Positions 49,560-58,958 of a DNA stretch of 64,000 nt are shown here, one piece after another. A program made the translations under genes and the position numbers. The stretch is from Geminicoccaceae bacterium (lineage in GTDB: Bacteria > Pseudomonadota > Alphaproteobacteria > Geminicoccales > Geminicoccaceae). Position 1 is the first letter of the stretch. Every line of letters starts with the position of its first letter. The stretch covers positions 19,776 through 83,775 of the forward strand of contig JAGRGG010000020.1 in NCBI GenBank assembly GCA_020445645.1, read 5' to 3'. The notes beneath the pieces are model-generated. The model had not been told where the DNA came from. It did no database searches and saw only the letters and a program-made list of their open reading frames with translations.

Positions 49560-51949
49560 GCCCGCATCCTCTCGCCCTTGGGGTCGAAGGGCGGCCTCGC
49601 CAGCGCCCGCGCCGGATAAAGCCGCCCCGCCACGTCGACCTCGAACCTTCGCTCGCCGGTCCCGGCCAGGGTCTCCCCCGGCGCCACGGCGATCAGGCCG
49701 AGCGCCAAGGTGAGCCCCGTGCGGGCACCCCTCGCACCCGAGGTCGTGGCGCCGACGACGCGGCCCCCTTCCAGGATCGGCTCGTCGTGCAGGATCAGGG
49801 GATGCCCCGCCACGTCGAACAGCACGAGGCGGCGGGTCAACCCCTCCGCCCGCTGCCGCTCCAGGACGGCCTTGCCCTGGAACGGCTTGCCCCAATCGAC
49901 CGCGAAGCCCAGCCCCGCCTCCAGGGGCGTGACCTCGGGGCCGAGGTCGTGGCCCCAGTGCCGGAACCCCTTCTCGATCCGGCAGGAATCGAGCGCGTAG
50001 TGGCCCATCGGCCGGGCGCCGGCGGCGGCGAGCGCGTCGAAGGCCGGGCCGGCGGCGGGGGCGGGGACGGTCAGTTCCCAGCCCAGCTCGCCGACGAAGC
50101 CGAGCCGGGTCGCGGTGCAGGGAACGCCCGCGACCATGACGTCGCGCGCCGTGGAAAAGGCGAAGTCGTTCCAGTCGCCCGGCGACAGGCCCGCCAGCAG
50201 CGCCCGCGCCCCGGCCCCCATGACGCCGAGCACCGCGAAGTCCTCGGTGCGGTCGGCGAGCGTCACCCGCCGCCCGGCCGCCGCGCGCCGCAGCCAAGCC
50301 AGATCCCGCCAGCGGGTCGCGGCCCCGGAGACGAGGCGGAAGCGATCCTCCGCCAGCCGGGTCACGGTCACGTCGGCCTCGATCCCGCCTCCTACGTTCA
50401 GGAGCGGCGTGTAGACGGCCCGGCCGACCGCCACGTCCAGGCCGGCGCAGGCCAGACGGTCGAGGAGCGCGAGGGCGTCGGGTCCGATCACGTCGATCTT
50501 GGTGAAGGGCGAGAGGTCCAGGAGGACAGCCCCCTCCCGCATCACCGCCGCCTCGCGCTCGACGATCCGCCGCCACGGCTGGTCGCCCACCGCGTAGGGG
50601 AGGTCGCGCTCGGCCGCGTCCTTGGCGTACCATAGCCCCCGCTCCCACCCGGCGGTGAGGCCGAAGACGGCCCCTTGCGCCGCCCAGCGGTCGTGCAGCG
50701 CCGACCTTCGCAGGCCCCGCCCGGCCTTGGGCTGCTTGAAAGGCCAGTGCGGCGCGAAGAGGTCCGCCACGGCCTCCGCCATCCGCGCCCGCAGGTGCGC
50801 GGGCGACGCGGCCTTCGGGTCGGCGCGGGCGACGTCGACCTCCCACAGATCCATCGGCGGGTGGCCGTCCACGACCCAGTCGGCCAGCGCCCGGCCGATC
50901 CCGGCCGACGACATGACCCCCACCGAGTTCATGCCCGCGGCGACGTAGAGCCCGTCCACGGCGGGCGTCTCGCCGATCAGCGGGCGGGTGTCGGCGGTGA
51001 AGCCCTCCGGCCCGTTCATGAAATGCTGGATCCCCGCCTCGGCCAAGGACGGCATCAGGGCGAGCGCCGCCTCCATGAAGGAGGCGAACTGGTCCCAGTC
51101 CTCGGGCAGTTCGAGGAAGGGGCGGTCGCCCTCGGGGCCGAAGGCGTCCCAGCACTTGGCGTCGGGCTCGAACCCGCCGATCACGAGCCTGCCGGCGTCC
51201 CCCTTGACGTAGATGCCGGCGTCCAGGTCGCGGACCACCGGGAACGGGTTCGGCAAGCCGGGGATCGGCGCCGTCACCACGTACATGTGCTCGACCGGCT
51301 GGAGCGGCAGGGCGACGCCGGCCTCGTCGGCGAGCGGCTTCGACCACGCCCCGGCGCAGAGCACGACGCGCCCGGCGTCGATCCGGGTCCCGTCCGTCAG
51401 GACCACGCCCCGCGCGCGGCCCCCCTCGACGGCGATTCGCGCCACCCTGGCCCCCTCTTGGATCGTCACCCCGCCGTCCCGCGCGGCGCGGGCGTAGGCC
51501 ATGCAGAGGTCGACCGGGTTGACGCTGCCGTCCTCGGGCACCATCAGCGCGCCGACGTGGGCCGAGAGGTCGAGCCCCGGCACCGCGACGGCCTCGGGCG
51601 GCACGATCTGGGGCATCAGCCCCTGCCTGCGGCCCACGGCGGCGATGCGGCGCAGCTCGTCCATCCGCGCCGCGTCGCGGGCGAGCCAGTAGCCGCCCGT
51701 CCGGCGGTAGCCCGTGCCCATCCCCGTCTCGGCCTCGAGGCGGGGAAACAGCTCCAGCGCGTAGGATGCGAGCCGGGTCATGTTCGCCGTCGCGCGCAAG
51801 GGGCCGACGATCCCGGCCGCGTGCCAGCTCGTGCCCGACGTGAGCGTGTTGCGCTCCAGGAGCAGCACGTCCCCGGCGCCGCGCCGCGCCAGATGGTAGG
51901 CGACGCTCAACCCGACGGCGCCGCCGCCGATGATCAGGATCCTCGCCAT
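49556..51949 (-). CDS. Dimethylglycine/sarcosine dehydrogenase-like FAD oxidoreductase fused to a GcvT/THF-binding domain (paralogue 2)
   Basis: 797 aa. ILIIGGGAVGLSVAYHLA, SGTSWHAAGI, FVGELGWELTV. The ATG overlaps the mttB-family stop. Confidence 0.85.
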   Translation of the reverse strand: MARILIIGGGAVGLSVAYHLARRGAGDVLLLERNTLTSGTSWHAAGIVGPLRATANMTRLASYALELFPRLEAETGMGTGYRRTGGYWLARDAARMDELRRIAAVGRRQGLMPQIVPPEAVAVPGLDLSAHVGALMVPEDGSVNPVDLCMAYARAARDGGVTIQEGARVARIAVEGGRARGVVLTDGTRIDAGRVVLCAGAWSKPLADEAGVALPLQPVEHMYVVTAPIPGLPNPFPVVRDLDAGIYVKGDAGRLVIGGFEPDAKCWDAFGPEGDRPFLELPEDWDQFASFMEAALALMPSLAEAGIQHFMNGPEGFTADTRPLIGETPAVDGLYVAAGMNSVGVMSSAGIGRALADWVVDGHPPMDLWEVDVARADPKAASPAHLRARMAEAVADLFAPHWPFKQPKAGRGLRRSALHDRWAAQGAVFGLTAGWERGLWYAKDAAERDLPYAVGDQPWRRIVEREAAVMREGAVLLDLSPFTKIDVIGPDALALLDRLACAGLDVAVGRAVYTPLLNVGGGIEADVTVTRLAEDRFRLVSGAATRWRDLAWLRRAAAGRRVTLADRTEDFAVLGVMGAGARALLAGLSPGDWNDFAFSTARDVMVAGVPCTATRLGFVGELGWELTVPAPAAGPAFDALAAAGARPMGHYALDSCRIEKGFRHWGHDLGPEVTPLEAGLGFAVDWGKPFQGKAVLERQRAEGLTRRLVLFDVAGHPLILHDEPILEGGRVVGATTSGARGARTGLTLALGLIAVAPGETLAGTGERRFEVDVAGRLYPARALARPPFDPKGERMRA

Positions 51950-53478
51950 CAGTAGTAGTTCACGTCCGGTTTCTCGGCCTTGCGGCGGGCGACGTAGTCC
52001 TGCAACGCGGCGTCGATCGCGGGGTCGAGGCCGGGATCTTCATACGCCTCCAACTGCCGCTTCCACAGCGCGTTGGCCCGCGCCGCCGCGTCGAGGCCCC
52101 CCGCCGCCGCCCACTGCTCGTAGGCGTTGTTGTCGGGGGTCAGGGGGCGGAACAGGGCCGACAGGAAGTTCGCCTGGGTGTGCTCGCTGCCCAGGAAGTG
52201 CCGCCCCGGCCCGGTCGCGGCGATCGCCGCCATCGCCTGCGCGTTCTCGCTCAGGTCGATCCCCTCGAAGAACCGGCCCACCTTGGCGCAGAGGTCGGCG
52301 TCGAGCACCGTCTTCTCGAACGAGGTGACGAGCCCGCCCTCGAGCCAGCCGGTCGCGTGGTTGACGACGTTGGCGCCCGCGAACATCGCCATGAGCAGGC
52401 CCCACGCCGCCTCCTGCTGGCTCTGCCCGTCCGGCACCTTGGAAGCCGAGAGCGTGCCGACCGTGTGCAGCGGCACCCCCAGCCGCCGGGCGAGCTGCCC
52501 CGCCGCCAGCACCATCAGCCCGGCCTCGGGCGTGCCGAAGGTGGGGGCGCCCGACTGCATCGACATCGTCGAGGCGAAGCTGCCCATCAGGCAGGGCGCC
52601 CCGGGGGCGATCAGCTGGACCAATGCCAAGCACGCCATCGCCTCGGCCAGCACCTGCGCCAGCGTGCCGGCCACCGTGCAGGGGCTCATGGCGCCGGTCA
52701 GCACCCAGGGCGTGCAGGCGACGGGCTGGCCCGCCCGGGCGTAGGTCTTAAGGGCGCCCGACATGTGGCTGTCCAGGACCAGGGGCGCGTTGGTGTTGGA
52801 GACGCAGTAGAGCACCGCGTTCTCGGCCACGAAGCCCTCGCCGAAGAGGATCCGCGCCATGTCGAGCGCGTGCCCCGCCCGCTCGGCGCCGATGAAGGCG
52901 CCCATGAAGGCGCGGTCGGACCAGCGGATGTGCGCGTAGAGCATGTCGAGGTGCCGCTTGTTGGCGGGCAGGTCGACGGGCTCGCACACGACGCCGCCCG
53001 AATGGTGCAGGGCCGGGATCGTCTGGTGCAGCCTCACGAGCCGGACGAAGTCGCCGTAGGTCGCGTAGCGCCGCCCTTCATCCAGGTCGTGCACGAAGGG
53101 CGGCCCCCACGAGGGGCAGAGCACCGTGGCGTCGCCGCCGATCCGCACCGCGTTCGCCGGGTTGCGCGCGTGCTGGACGAAGCTCGGCGGCGCCGTGGCC
53201 CGGATGGTCCTGCGGCAGAAGCCGGGGTCGAAGCGGACGCGGGCGTCCCTCACCTCGCAGCCGGCATCGCGGAAGACCGCGAGGATCTCGGGGTCGCCCT
53301 GGAACTCCATCCCGATGTCCCGCAGGATCGCGTCGGCGTTCGCCTCGATCAGCGCGAGCCCTTCTTCCCCCAGCACGTTGAACGTGCCGAGGCGGCGCTG
53401 GATGTAGGGCGCGCGCGGCGCCTCCGTCCGCTCGCGGGCGGCGCTCCGGCGTCGTCTCTGGTGCTCGGGTCGGGACAT
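51949..53478 (-). CDS. MttB-superfamily (trimethylamine methyltransferase family) protein, non-pyrrolysine type
   Basis: 509 aa. The basic N-terminus followed by PYIQRRLGTFNVLGEEGLALIE is typical of bacterial MttB homologues. TIM-barrel length. No in-frame amber codon. ATG 53478 is preferred over 53559. Confidence 0.8.
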   Translation of the reverse strand: MSRPEHQRRRRSAARERTEAPRAPYIQRRLGTFNVLGEEGLALIEANADAILRDIGMEFQGDPEILAVFRDAGCEVRDARVRFDPGFCRRTIRATAPPSFVQHARNPANAVRIGGDATVLCPSWGPPFVHDLDEGRRYATYGDFVRLVRLHQTIPALHHSGGVVCEPVDLPANKRHLDMLYAHIRWSDRAFMGAFIGAERAGHALDMARILFGEGFVAENAVLYCVSNTNAPLVLDSHMSGALKTYARAGQPVACTPWVLTGAMSPCTVAGTLAQVLAEAMACLALVQLIAPGAPCLMGSFASTMSMQSGAPTFGTPEAGLMVLAAGQLARRLGVPLHTVGTLSASKVPDGQSQQEAAWGLLMAMFAGANVVNHATGWLEGGLVTSFEKTVLDADLCAKVGRFFEGIDLSENAQAMAAIAATGPGRHFLGSEHTQANFLSALFRPLTPDNNAYEQWAAAGGLDAAARANALWKRQLEAYEDPGLDPAIDAALQDYVARRKAEKPDVNYY

Positions 53479-53590
53479 CGGCCGTCGCCTTTGCTGCTGC
53501 CCCACCGAGCGTGCCGCCGGCCGCGGCGGCGGGCAACCGGCTTCCTTCAGTAGTAGCATTTCTTATGGTAGGAGGGTGCCGGGAGGCTTC

Positions 53591-54562
53591 ATGCAGGCGC
53601 GGTTCTCGTCTAACGCCAACTTGGTCAAGGCGATGGAGGTCTTCGTCGCCGTGGCCGAGACCGGCCAGATGACGGGTGCCGCGCGCGCCCTCGGCCTCAC
53701 CCAGTCCGCCGTCTCGCAGCACGTCGCCGCCCTGGAGAAGGCCTACGGGGTCCGCCTGTTCGACCGCAGCGTCCGCCCCGCGCGGCTCACCCAGGGCGGC
53801 GCCTTGCTCCTTGGGCACGCGGCGCGGATCCTGCACGCCGTCGCCGACCTCGACACCGGGATGCGCCACCGGGGGCCGCACCCGATCAGCGTGCTCAAGA
53901 TCGGCCTTCTGGCCTCGATCGCCACCACCCTGACGCCGGACTTGGTGGCGCTGGCGCGGGACGGCTTCGGCGTGCAGGACGTGACCCTCCACGCCGGGCA
54001 GAGCGGCCAGCACGAGGCCCTGCTGCGCACCAAGAAAGCCGACATCGCCATCACCTCGAACCCGTTCTACGACATGGACGGGCTGGAGCGGCACCCGGTC
54101 CTGCGCGAATCCTTCCTCCTCGTCCTGCCCGGATCCTACCGGGGACCGCACGGGACGCTCGAAGAGGTGGCGTCCCGCCTGCCGCTGATCCGCTTCGCCG
54201 ACACGACCGGCGTCGGGCGCCAGACCATCCAGCACCTGCGCCGCCTCGACCTCGCCCCGGCCCGCGTCATCCAGGCCGACCGCTCCAGCATGGTGTCCGC
54301 CTGCGTCGCCAGGGGGATGGGGTTCGCGCTGCTGACGCCGAGCCTCCTGATCGACGGCTTCGTCGAGCGGATGCCGGTCCGGATCCTGCCGCTGCCAGTC
54401 GCCCGCGTCTCGCGCACGCTTACCGTCGTCGCCCGCGCGAACAAGCTCGGCCCCTTCCCCGCAAAGGTCGCGGGCCTCGCCCGCAGCAGGCTGACCGACC
54501 AGATTGCAACCCAGATGGGCGAGGCCGGGCTGTCGGCCCTCGCGTTTCCCGAAGACGGCTGA
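53591..54562 (+). CDS. LysR-family transcriptional regulator (divergent from the mttB-family operon)
   Basis: HTH FVAVAETGQMTGAARALGLTQSAVSQHVAALE and a LysR substrate-binding domain. GGGAGG RBS ahead of ATG 53591. Confidence 0.85.
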   Translation: MQARFSSNANLVKAMEVFVAVAETGQMTGAARALGLTQSAVSQHVAALEKAYGVRLFDRSVRPARLTQGGALLLGHAARILHAVADLDTGMRHRGPHPISVLKIGLLASIATTLTPDLVALARDGFGVQDVTLHAGQSGQHEALLRTKKADIAITSNPFYDMDGLERHPVLRESFLLVLPGSYRGPHGTLEEVASRLPLIRFADTTGVGRQTIQHLRRLDLAPARVIQADRSSMVSACVARGMGFALLTPSLLIDGFVERMPVRILPLPVARVSRTLTVVARANKLGPFPAKVAGLARSRLTDQIATQMGEAGLSALAFPEDG

Positions 54563-54937
54563 CGCGCACCCTCCTCGTGCGGCGCCGGGGCGCGCCGGTG
54601 GTCGATGCCCGTTACGTGCGGGTGCGCCTGCCGGGGGAGGAAGCGCCGGTCGCGCCGAGCCCCAGGAGGAGCTGGCGGCGCTGCTGGTGCTGGCGGAACA
54701 GGGCGAGGTGGCGTGGGGCCGGGCGGCGAGGTTGCGCGGGCCAGCCCCGGTCTCACAGGAGACACAGGCGGCCGTGCGGTGGTTGGCAAGGGGCGCCTTG
54801 ACCGTGCCTTAAGCCTCTGCGCCGGGACCACCGGCCTCGAACGGAGGCCGGCTCCCTTGTGGAGCGCGCGCCCCTTCGACCGGACATGGGGCTCACCGTG
54901 GGTGCCTGGGCTTGCGCCCGTGCCGGATGGCACGACG

Positions 54938-55319
54938 CGGATAGAAAGCATCGCCGGCCGGGAGCGCAGGCGGCGCTACGGTACCGGGCAGAAGCTCAGG
55001 CTGGTCGAGGGTTGAGCCTGGAATGTTCGACGGGCAGCCCCGCATGACGGTCCCGGCGGTCGCACGACGGCACGGGGCACCGCCGAGCCTGCCGTTCGGC
55101 TGGAGGCGTCTGATGTCGGAAGGCGGTCGGGTCGCGGTCAGGGCCGGTGGGGACGTCGTGGCCATCGGCCGCGCCCGCGGGCCGGAGCAGCGGCCGCAGG
55201 AGGCGGAACGCCCGCTCGGCCGCAAGGCCTTGGAAGGCGAGGTGATCGAGGAGGCGCTGGCCGCTGCTCGGGGGGAAAAGCCCGCTTGGCGGTTGCCGTC
55301 GCCCGGCCCGGATCGGGGA
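54938..55319 (+). pseudogene. Remnant of an IS3-family (IS2-like) OrfA transposase gene, disrupted by a stop and a frameshift; no OrfB or terminal repeats
   Basis: RIESIAGRERRRRYGTGQKLRLVEG* continues in another frame as PRMTVPAVARRHGAPPSLPFGWRRL...LGRKALEGEVIEEALAAARGEKPAW..LPSPGPDRG. This parallels IS2 InsC: [35 protein letters not shown]...[30 protein letters not shown]. Confidence 0.5.
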
Positions 55320-55526
55320 CGACAACGAGAACCACCCCCACCGCGGGGCTTGCGGATGCGCTCGCCTCGCGCGTTCATCCGCAGCCGATCGCCACCAGCC
55401 CCGTGTCCCGTTCAACGGGGGCAGCTCCACCTTGCCAAGCGTCCCGCTTTGGGGTCTGACACGGTGCCGACGGCCGGGATTGCCCGGCGCGACGACGCCG
55501 CGGTGCTTCTTGGGAGGCGGATCCTC

Positions 55527-58030
55527 ATGACGACCGACCCCACCCTGACGCCGCGAAGGGGTGCGGCCGGCGGTGCGGCGGCGGGGGGGGGCGAGCGGTT
55601 CCGCAACGCCGTCGCCGCCGCGCTCGCGGTCCGCGTCCTGGCCGAGCGCGCCGCGCCCGATCCGCTCGGGCTCGGCGCGGGCGTGATCCTGAGCGCGGTC
55701 GGCTTGGAAACGGCGCACGCCGTCGACGCCGCCGCCGAGACCTCGGCGGGCGGCCGGATCCTCGTCCAGGCGAAGCGCGGGCTGGCGTGGAGCCCACGTC
55801 CGGGCAGCGAATGCGTCAAGACCCTCGACCAGACGGTCCGGCAGCTCGCGGGGGGCGTCGCGGTCGACGGGCGGACGCGGCCGCTCGACCCGAAGCTCGA
55901 CCGGCTCGTGATCGCGGTCGACCCCTCGGCCTCCGGCCGCGTCAGGAACGAGCTTCGCACGCTCCTGGAGGACATCGCCGCCGGGCTGCCGGAGGGACGC
56001 ACGCCCGACGACCCGCCCATGAGCCAAGCGAAGCGCGACCTGCTGGCCGGCCTCAAGGAGGTCGCCGGGCGCGCATGGCAGGCGGAGAGGCAGACGGAGC
56101 CGCTGCCGTTCGAGCGGCTGCTCCGGCTCGTGCGGGTGCTCGTCGTCGAGGACGGGGGCGGCGACGCCGAGCGGACAATCCTGGCCGACGCCGTGCTGGC
56201 GGAGGCGTCCGAGGCGCCCGCCGTCTGGGCGGCCTTCATGGACCGTGCCAGTACCCTGGCCCCCGGCCACGGCTTGGCGGACCGTGCCTCGCTTCAGGAA
56301 TATCTCGATGGGCTAAGCTTTCGCCTGCGCGCGGCCCGCTCGCTGCGCCCAGACATCGAGCGTCTGCGGGAGGAGAGCGACGGGCACCTCGCCCACCTGC
56401 ACCGGCTGGCGGTCATCGGGACCGCCTTGGGCGAAATCGTCGTCGAACGGCCGGTGGCGGCGGCCCTGGCGGACACGGCGCACCATGGGCACGCGCTCGT
56501 CGTCGGCGAGGCGGGCGCCGGCAAGTCGGGGGTGCTGCACGCCTTCGCCCAGGCGATGCGGGCCGAGGGGCACGACGTGGTCGTCCTTGCCGTCGAGCGG
56601 CCGAACCTCGCGCCGGACGGGACGCCGATCCGGGGGCTGGCGCACGGCCTCGCCGCCGTCCTGGCCGGCTGGCCCGGCGCGACGCCGGGGTTCGTCGTCG
56701 TCGACGGGCTGGACGCGGCGCGCTCGGACGCCGAGGCTGCCCCCCTTCGCCACGCGGTCGAGGCCCTCGCCGCCCGTTCCGGCCGCTGGCGCGTCGTCGC
56801 CTCGATCCGCAAGTTCGACCTGCGCCACGGCCGGGGCTGGCAACGCCTGTTCAAGGGAGCGCCCAAGGCCGGCTTTGCCGACGCCGAGTTCGCTGCCGTG
56901 CGCCACGTCGACGTCGGGCGGCTTGACGACGCCGAGCTGGCGCAGGCCGCTGGGCGGCACGCCGGCGTGCGGGACCTGCTCGGGGCGGCGTCGCCGTCCT
57001 TCAGGGACCTGCTGCGCTCACCCTTCAACCTGCGCCTCGCGGTCGAACTGCTCGAGGGGGGCCGCCCCCCGACCTCGGCACGATCGGCACGCGGGTCGAT
57101 CTGCTCGACGCCTATTGGGACGAACGGGTACGCGTCTCGCCCTACGCCGCCGGGGGGCGCGAGGCCGTGCTCGCCGCCGCCGTCCAGCGGATGGCGGAAC
57201 GGTGAAGCCTTCAGGTTCCTCGTCATGAGATCGGGGAAACGGGCGCTACCTTGGCCGGGTTGCTGAGCGACCACGTCCTGATCGAGTGGCGGGACGAAGG
57301 CGCCGCGCGCGTCGATCGCAGCCGCCTCGCCTTCACCCACAACCTGCTCTTCGACTACGCCGGCGCGCTCTACCTCTTCGGCCGGCTCGAACCGGACGGG
57401 CTTGCCGCGCGGCTGCGCGAGGGCGCGCGCGACCTGATCCTGTTCGCCCGGCCGAGCCTGGAGCTGCACCTGCGCCGGCTCTGGCAGCAAGATCGCCCGG
57501 CGTTCTGGCGCCTCGGCCTCGCCTTGCGCGCGGCCGAGGGGGTGCCCGAGCTGGCGCGGCTGGTGGCGCCCCTCGTCGCCGCCGAGGCGGCGCGGACTGC
57601 GGCGGACGCGGCGGGGCTGACGCGGGCGCTGGCGGACCGCTCCGGCGGGGCCGAGGCGGCGGAAGGGCTCGTGCTCCACCTCGTCGCGGCGCTGGAGATC
57701 ATGCCCGAAGCCCGGCGGCGCGGGGCGATCGAGGCGGGTCCCTGGGCGGAGGTCGCCCGCGCGGCGGCGGAGGCCCTGCCCCACCCCCCACCGTTCCGAA
57801 CGGGCGTTTTGCGTCCACCGCCTGCTCCCGGTCGTGACGCGGGCCTCGCCGGCGGGGGAGCCGTCGACGCCATCACCCGCATCGTCCGGCGCTGCCTCGC
57901 CGACCACCGCCACCTGTTCGCCGGGCAGGCGGGCCTCAAGCGCGACCTCGTCGACGTGCTCGACGCCTTCGTCCGCGCCGGCTGGCCCGAGGCGGTGCGG
58001 CTCGGCCTGGATCTGGGCGAGATCTACTGA
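55527..58030 (+). pseudogene. Decayed large STAND/NACHT-like P-loop NTPase with an N-terminal PD-(D/E/Q)xK-nuclease-like module (Avs-like architecture); one frameshift and one in-frame TGA
   Basis: GGGAGG RBS plus ATG 55527. Walker A VVGEAGAGKSGV (56505-56528) and Walker B FVVVDGLDAA (56691-56720). The frame breaks in the G6/C6 run at 57056-57070 and continues as DLGTIGTRVDLLDAYWDERV... An in-frame TGA at 57203-57205 is followed by SLQVPRHEIGETGATLAGLLSDHVLIEW... through to 58030. Confidence 0.55.
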
Positions 58031-58112
58031 CGGCGGGGGCGCACCGCAGGCCCGCGACACCCAAAGACCCTGCAATCGTGCCGTGGCCGGTAGGGGTCCG
58101 CCGCCATCTCGT

Positions 58113-58826
58113 TCAAGGGGTTGGCCCTTCCTTGGCCGATGCCTCCCGCCCCCAGAGGCCGTCGCTGAAGATCGTGGCGCGCACGGACCGCAGGTGCGCG
58201 AACATGGCGGCGGCGGCGGCGCGCTGGTCGCGCTGTTCCAGGGCCTGGAGGACGGCGCGGTGCTCCGCGCGGTAGCGGTCGCGCGTGGCCGGGCCGAACG
58301 AGGCCCGCTTCAGGCGTTCCCACGCCTCCTGGCCGCGCATCCGCCGCATCGCGTCCATGACCATGATGAAGATCGGGTTCTGCGTCGCCTCGGCGATCGT
58401 GCGGTGGAAGGCCACGTCCCATTCCTCGAAGGCCCGGTAGTCCTCGGCCCCCTCGCCGTGGGCGAGGCAGCGGTCGAGCCAGACCAGATGGTCGCGGCGG
58501 GCGCGCAGCGCCGCCTCGCCCGCGATGGCGGGCTCCAGCGCGAGCCGGGCGTCCATCAGTTCGATCGGCGAGGCGGTGCCGGCGGTCTCGATCGGCGCCT
58601 CGCTGACGAAGGTGCCGCGGCCCACCTGCCGGGTGATCCGGCCCTCGGCCTCCAGCCGCGCCAGCGCCTTGCGCAGCGTGCCCCGGTTGACGCCGAGGCG
58701 TTCCGCGAGCGCGCGCTCCGGCGGCAGGCGGCTTCCCGCCGGAAACGCCCTGCCGATCAGGCCCTGAAGGCGTTCGGGCACGCCCGTCGCGGCGGCCTCC
58801 TCGGCCGCATCCGTTCCCAACTCCAT
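58113..58826 (-). CDS. GntR-family transcriptional regulator, FadR subfamily (FCD domain)
   Basis: wHTH LPPERALAERLGVNRGTLRKALARLEAEGRITRQVGRGTFV and a helical FCD C-terminal domain with His residues. Confidence 0.85.
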   Translation of the reverse strand: MELGTDAAEEAAATGVPERLQGLIGRAFPAGSRLPPERALAERLGVNRGTLRKALARLEAEGRITRQVGRGTFVSEAPIETAGTASPIELMDARLALEPAIAGEAALRARRDHLVWLDRCLAHGEGAEDYRAFEEWDVAFHRTIAEATQNPIFIMVMDAMRRMRGQEAWERLKRASFGPATRDRYRAEHRAVLQALEQRDQRAAAAAMFAHLRSVRATIFSDGLWGREASAKEGPTP

Positions 58827-58898
58827 CCTCCGTCGTCCATCCGTGCCGGCTTTAACGGTTGACGCAACCATGAACCAAAGACTACCATTGGTCAACAA

Positions 58899-58910
58899 TT
58901 GGTTAACCAA
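58899..58910. promoter_or_regulatory. Perfect 12-bp palindrome TTGGTTAACCAA (candidate GntR/FadR-type operator), preceded by the direct repeat ATTGGT (58887-58892 and 58898-58903)
   Basis: Located in the AT-rich GntR-tctC divergent intergenic region, ~50 bp upstream of the tctC ATG. FadR-subfamily operators are typically TNGT-N-ACNA dyads. Confidence 0.4.
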
Positions 58911-58958
58911 AAGAGGGCGGGGCCGGCGGCTTCGCCCCGCACCAGGGAAGGCCGCTCC

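Noticed and set aside
51949-53557. The 10-mer tcagtagtag occurs at both ends of the mttB-family gene (51948-51957 and 53548-53557), hinting at direct repeats of a gene cassette.
   Set aside because: Many chance 10-mer repeats are expected in 64 kb. One copy is simply the Tyr-Tyr-stop codons of the gene, and no longer flanking similarity is visible.
57203-57205. The in-frame TGA in the STAND gene as a possible selenocysteine or programmed read-through codon.
   Set aside because: There is no recognisable SECIS-like hairpin immediately downstream. The same gene carries an independent frameshift 140 nt upstream and sits beside IS debris, so gene decay or a sequencing error is the simpler explanation.
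55023-57266. Apparently intact 747-aa ORF in the track.
   Set aside because: It is a chimera. The first ~100 codons are IS3-type OrfA debris. A separate gene with its own RBS begins at ATG 55527. The C-terminal ~70 codons (…GRPPTSARSARGSICSTPIGTNGYAS…) are out-of-frame read-through after a frameshift in the G6/C6 run.
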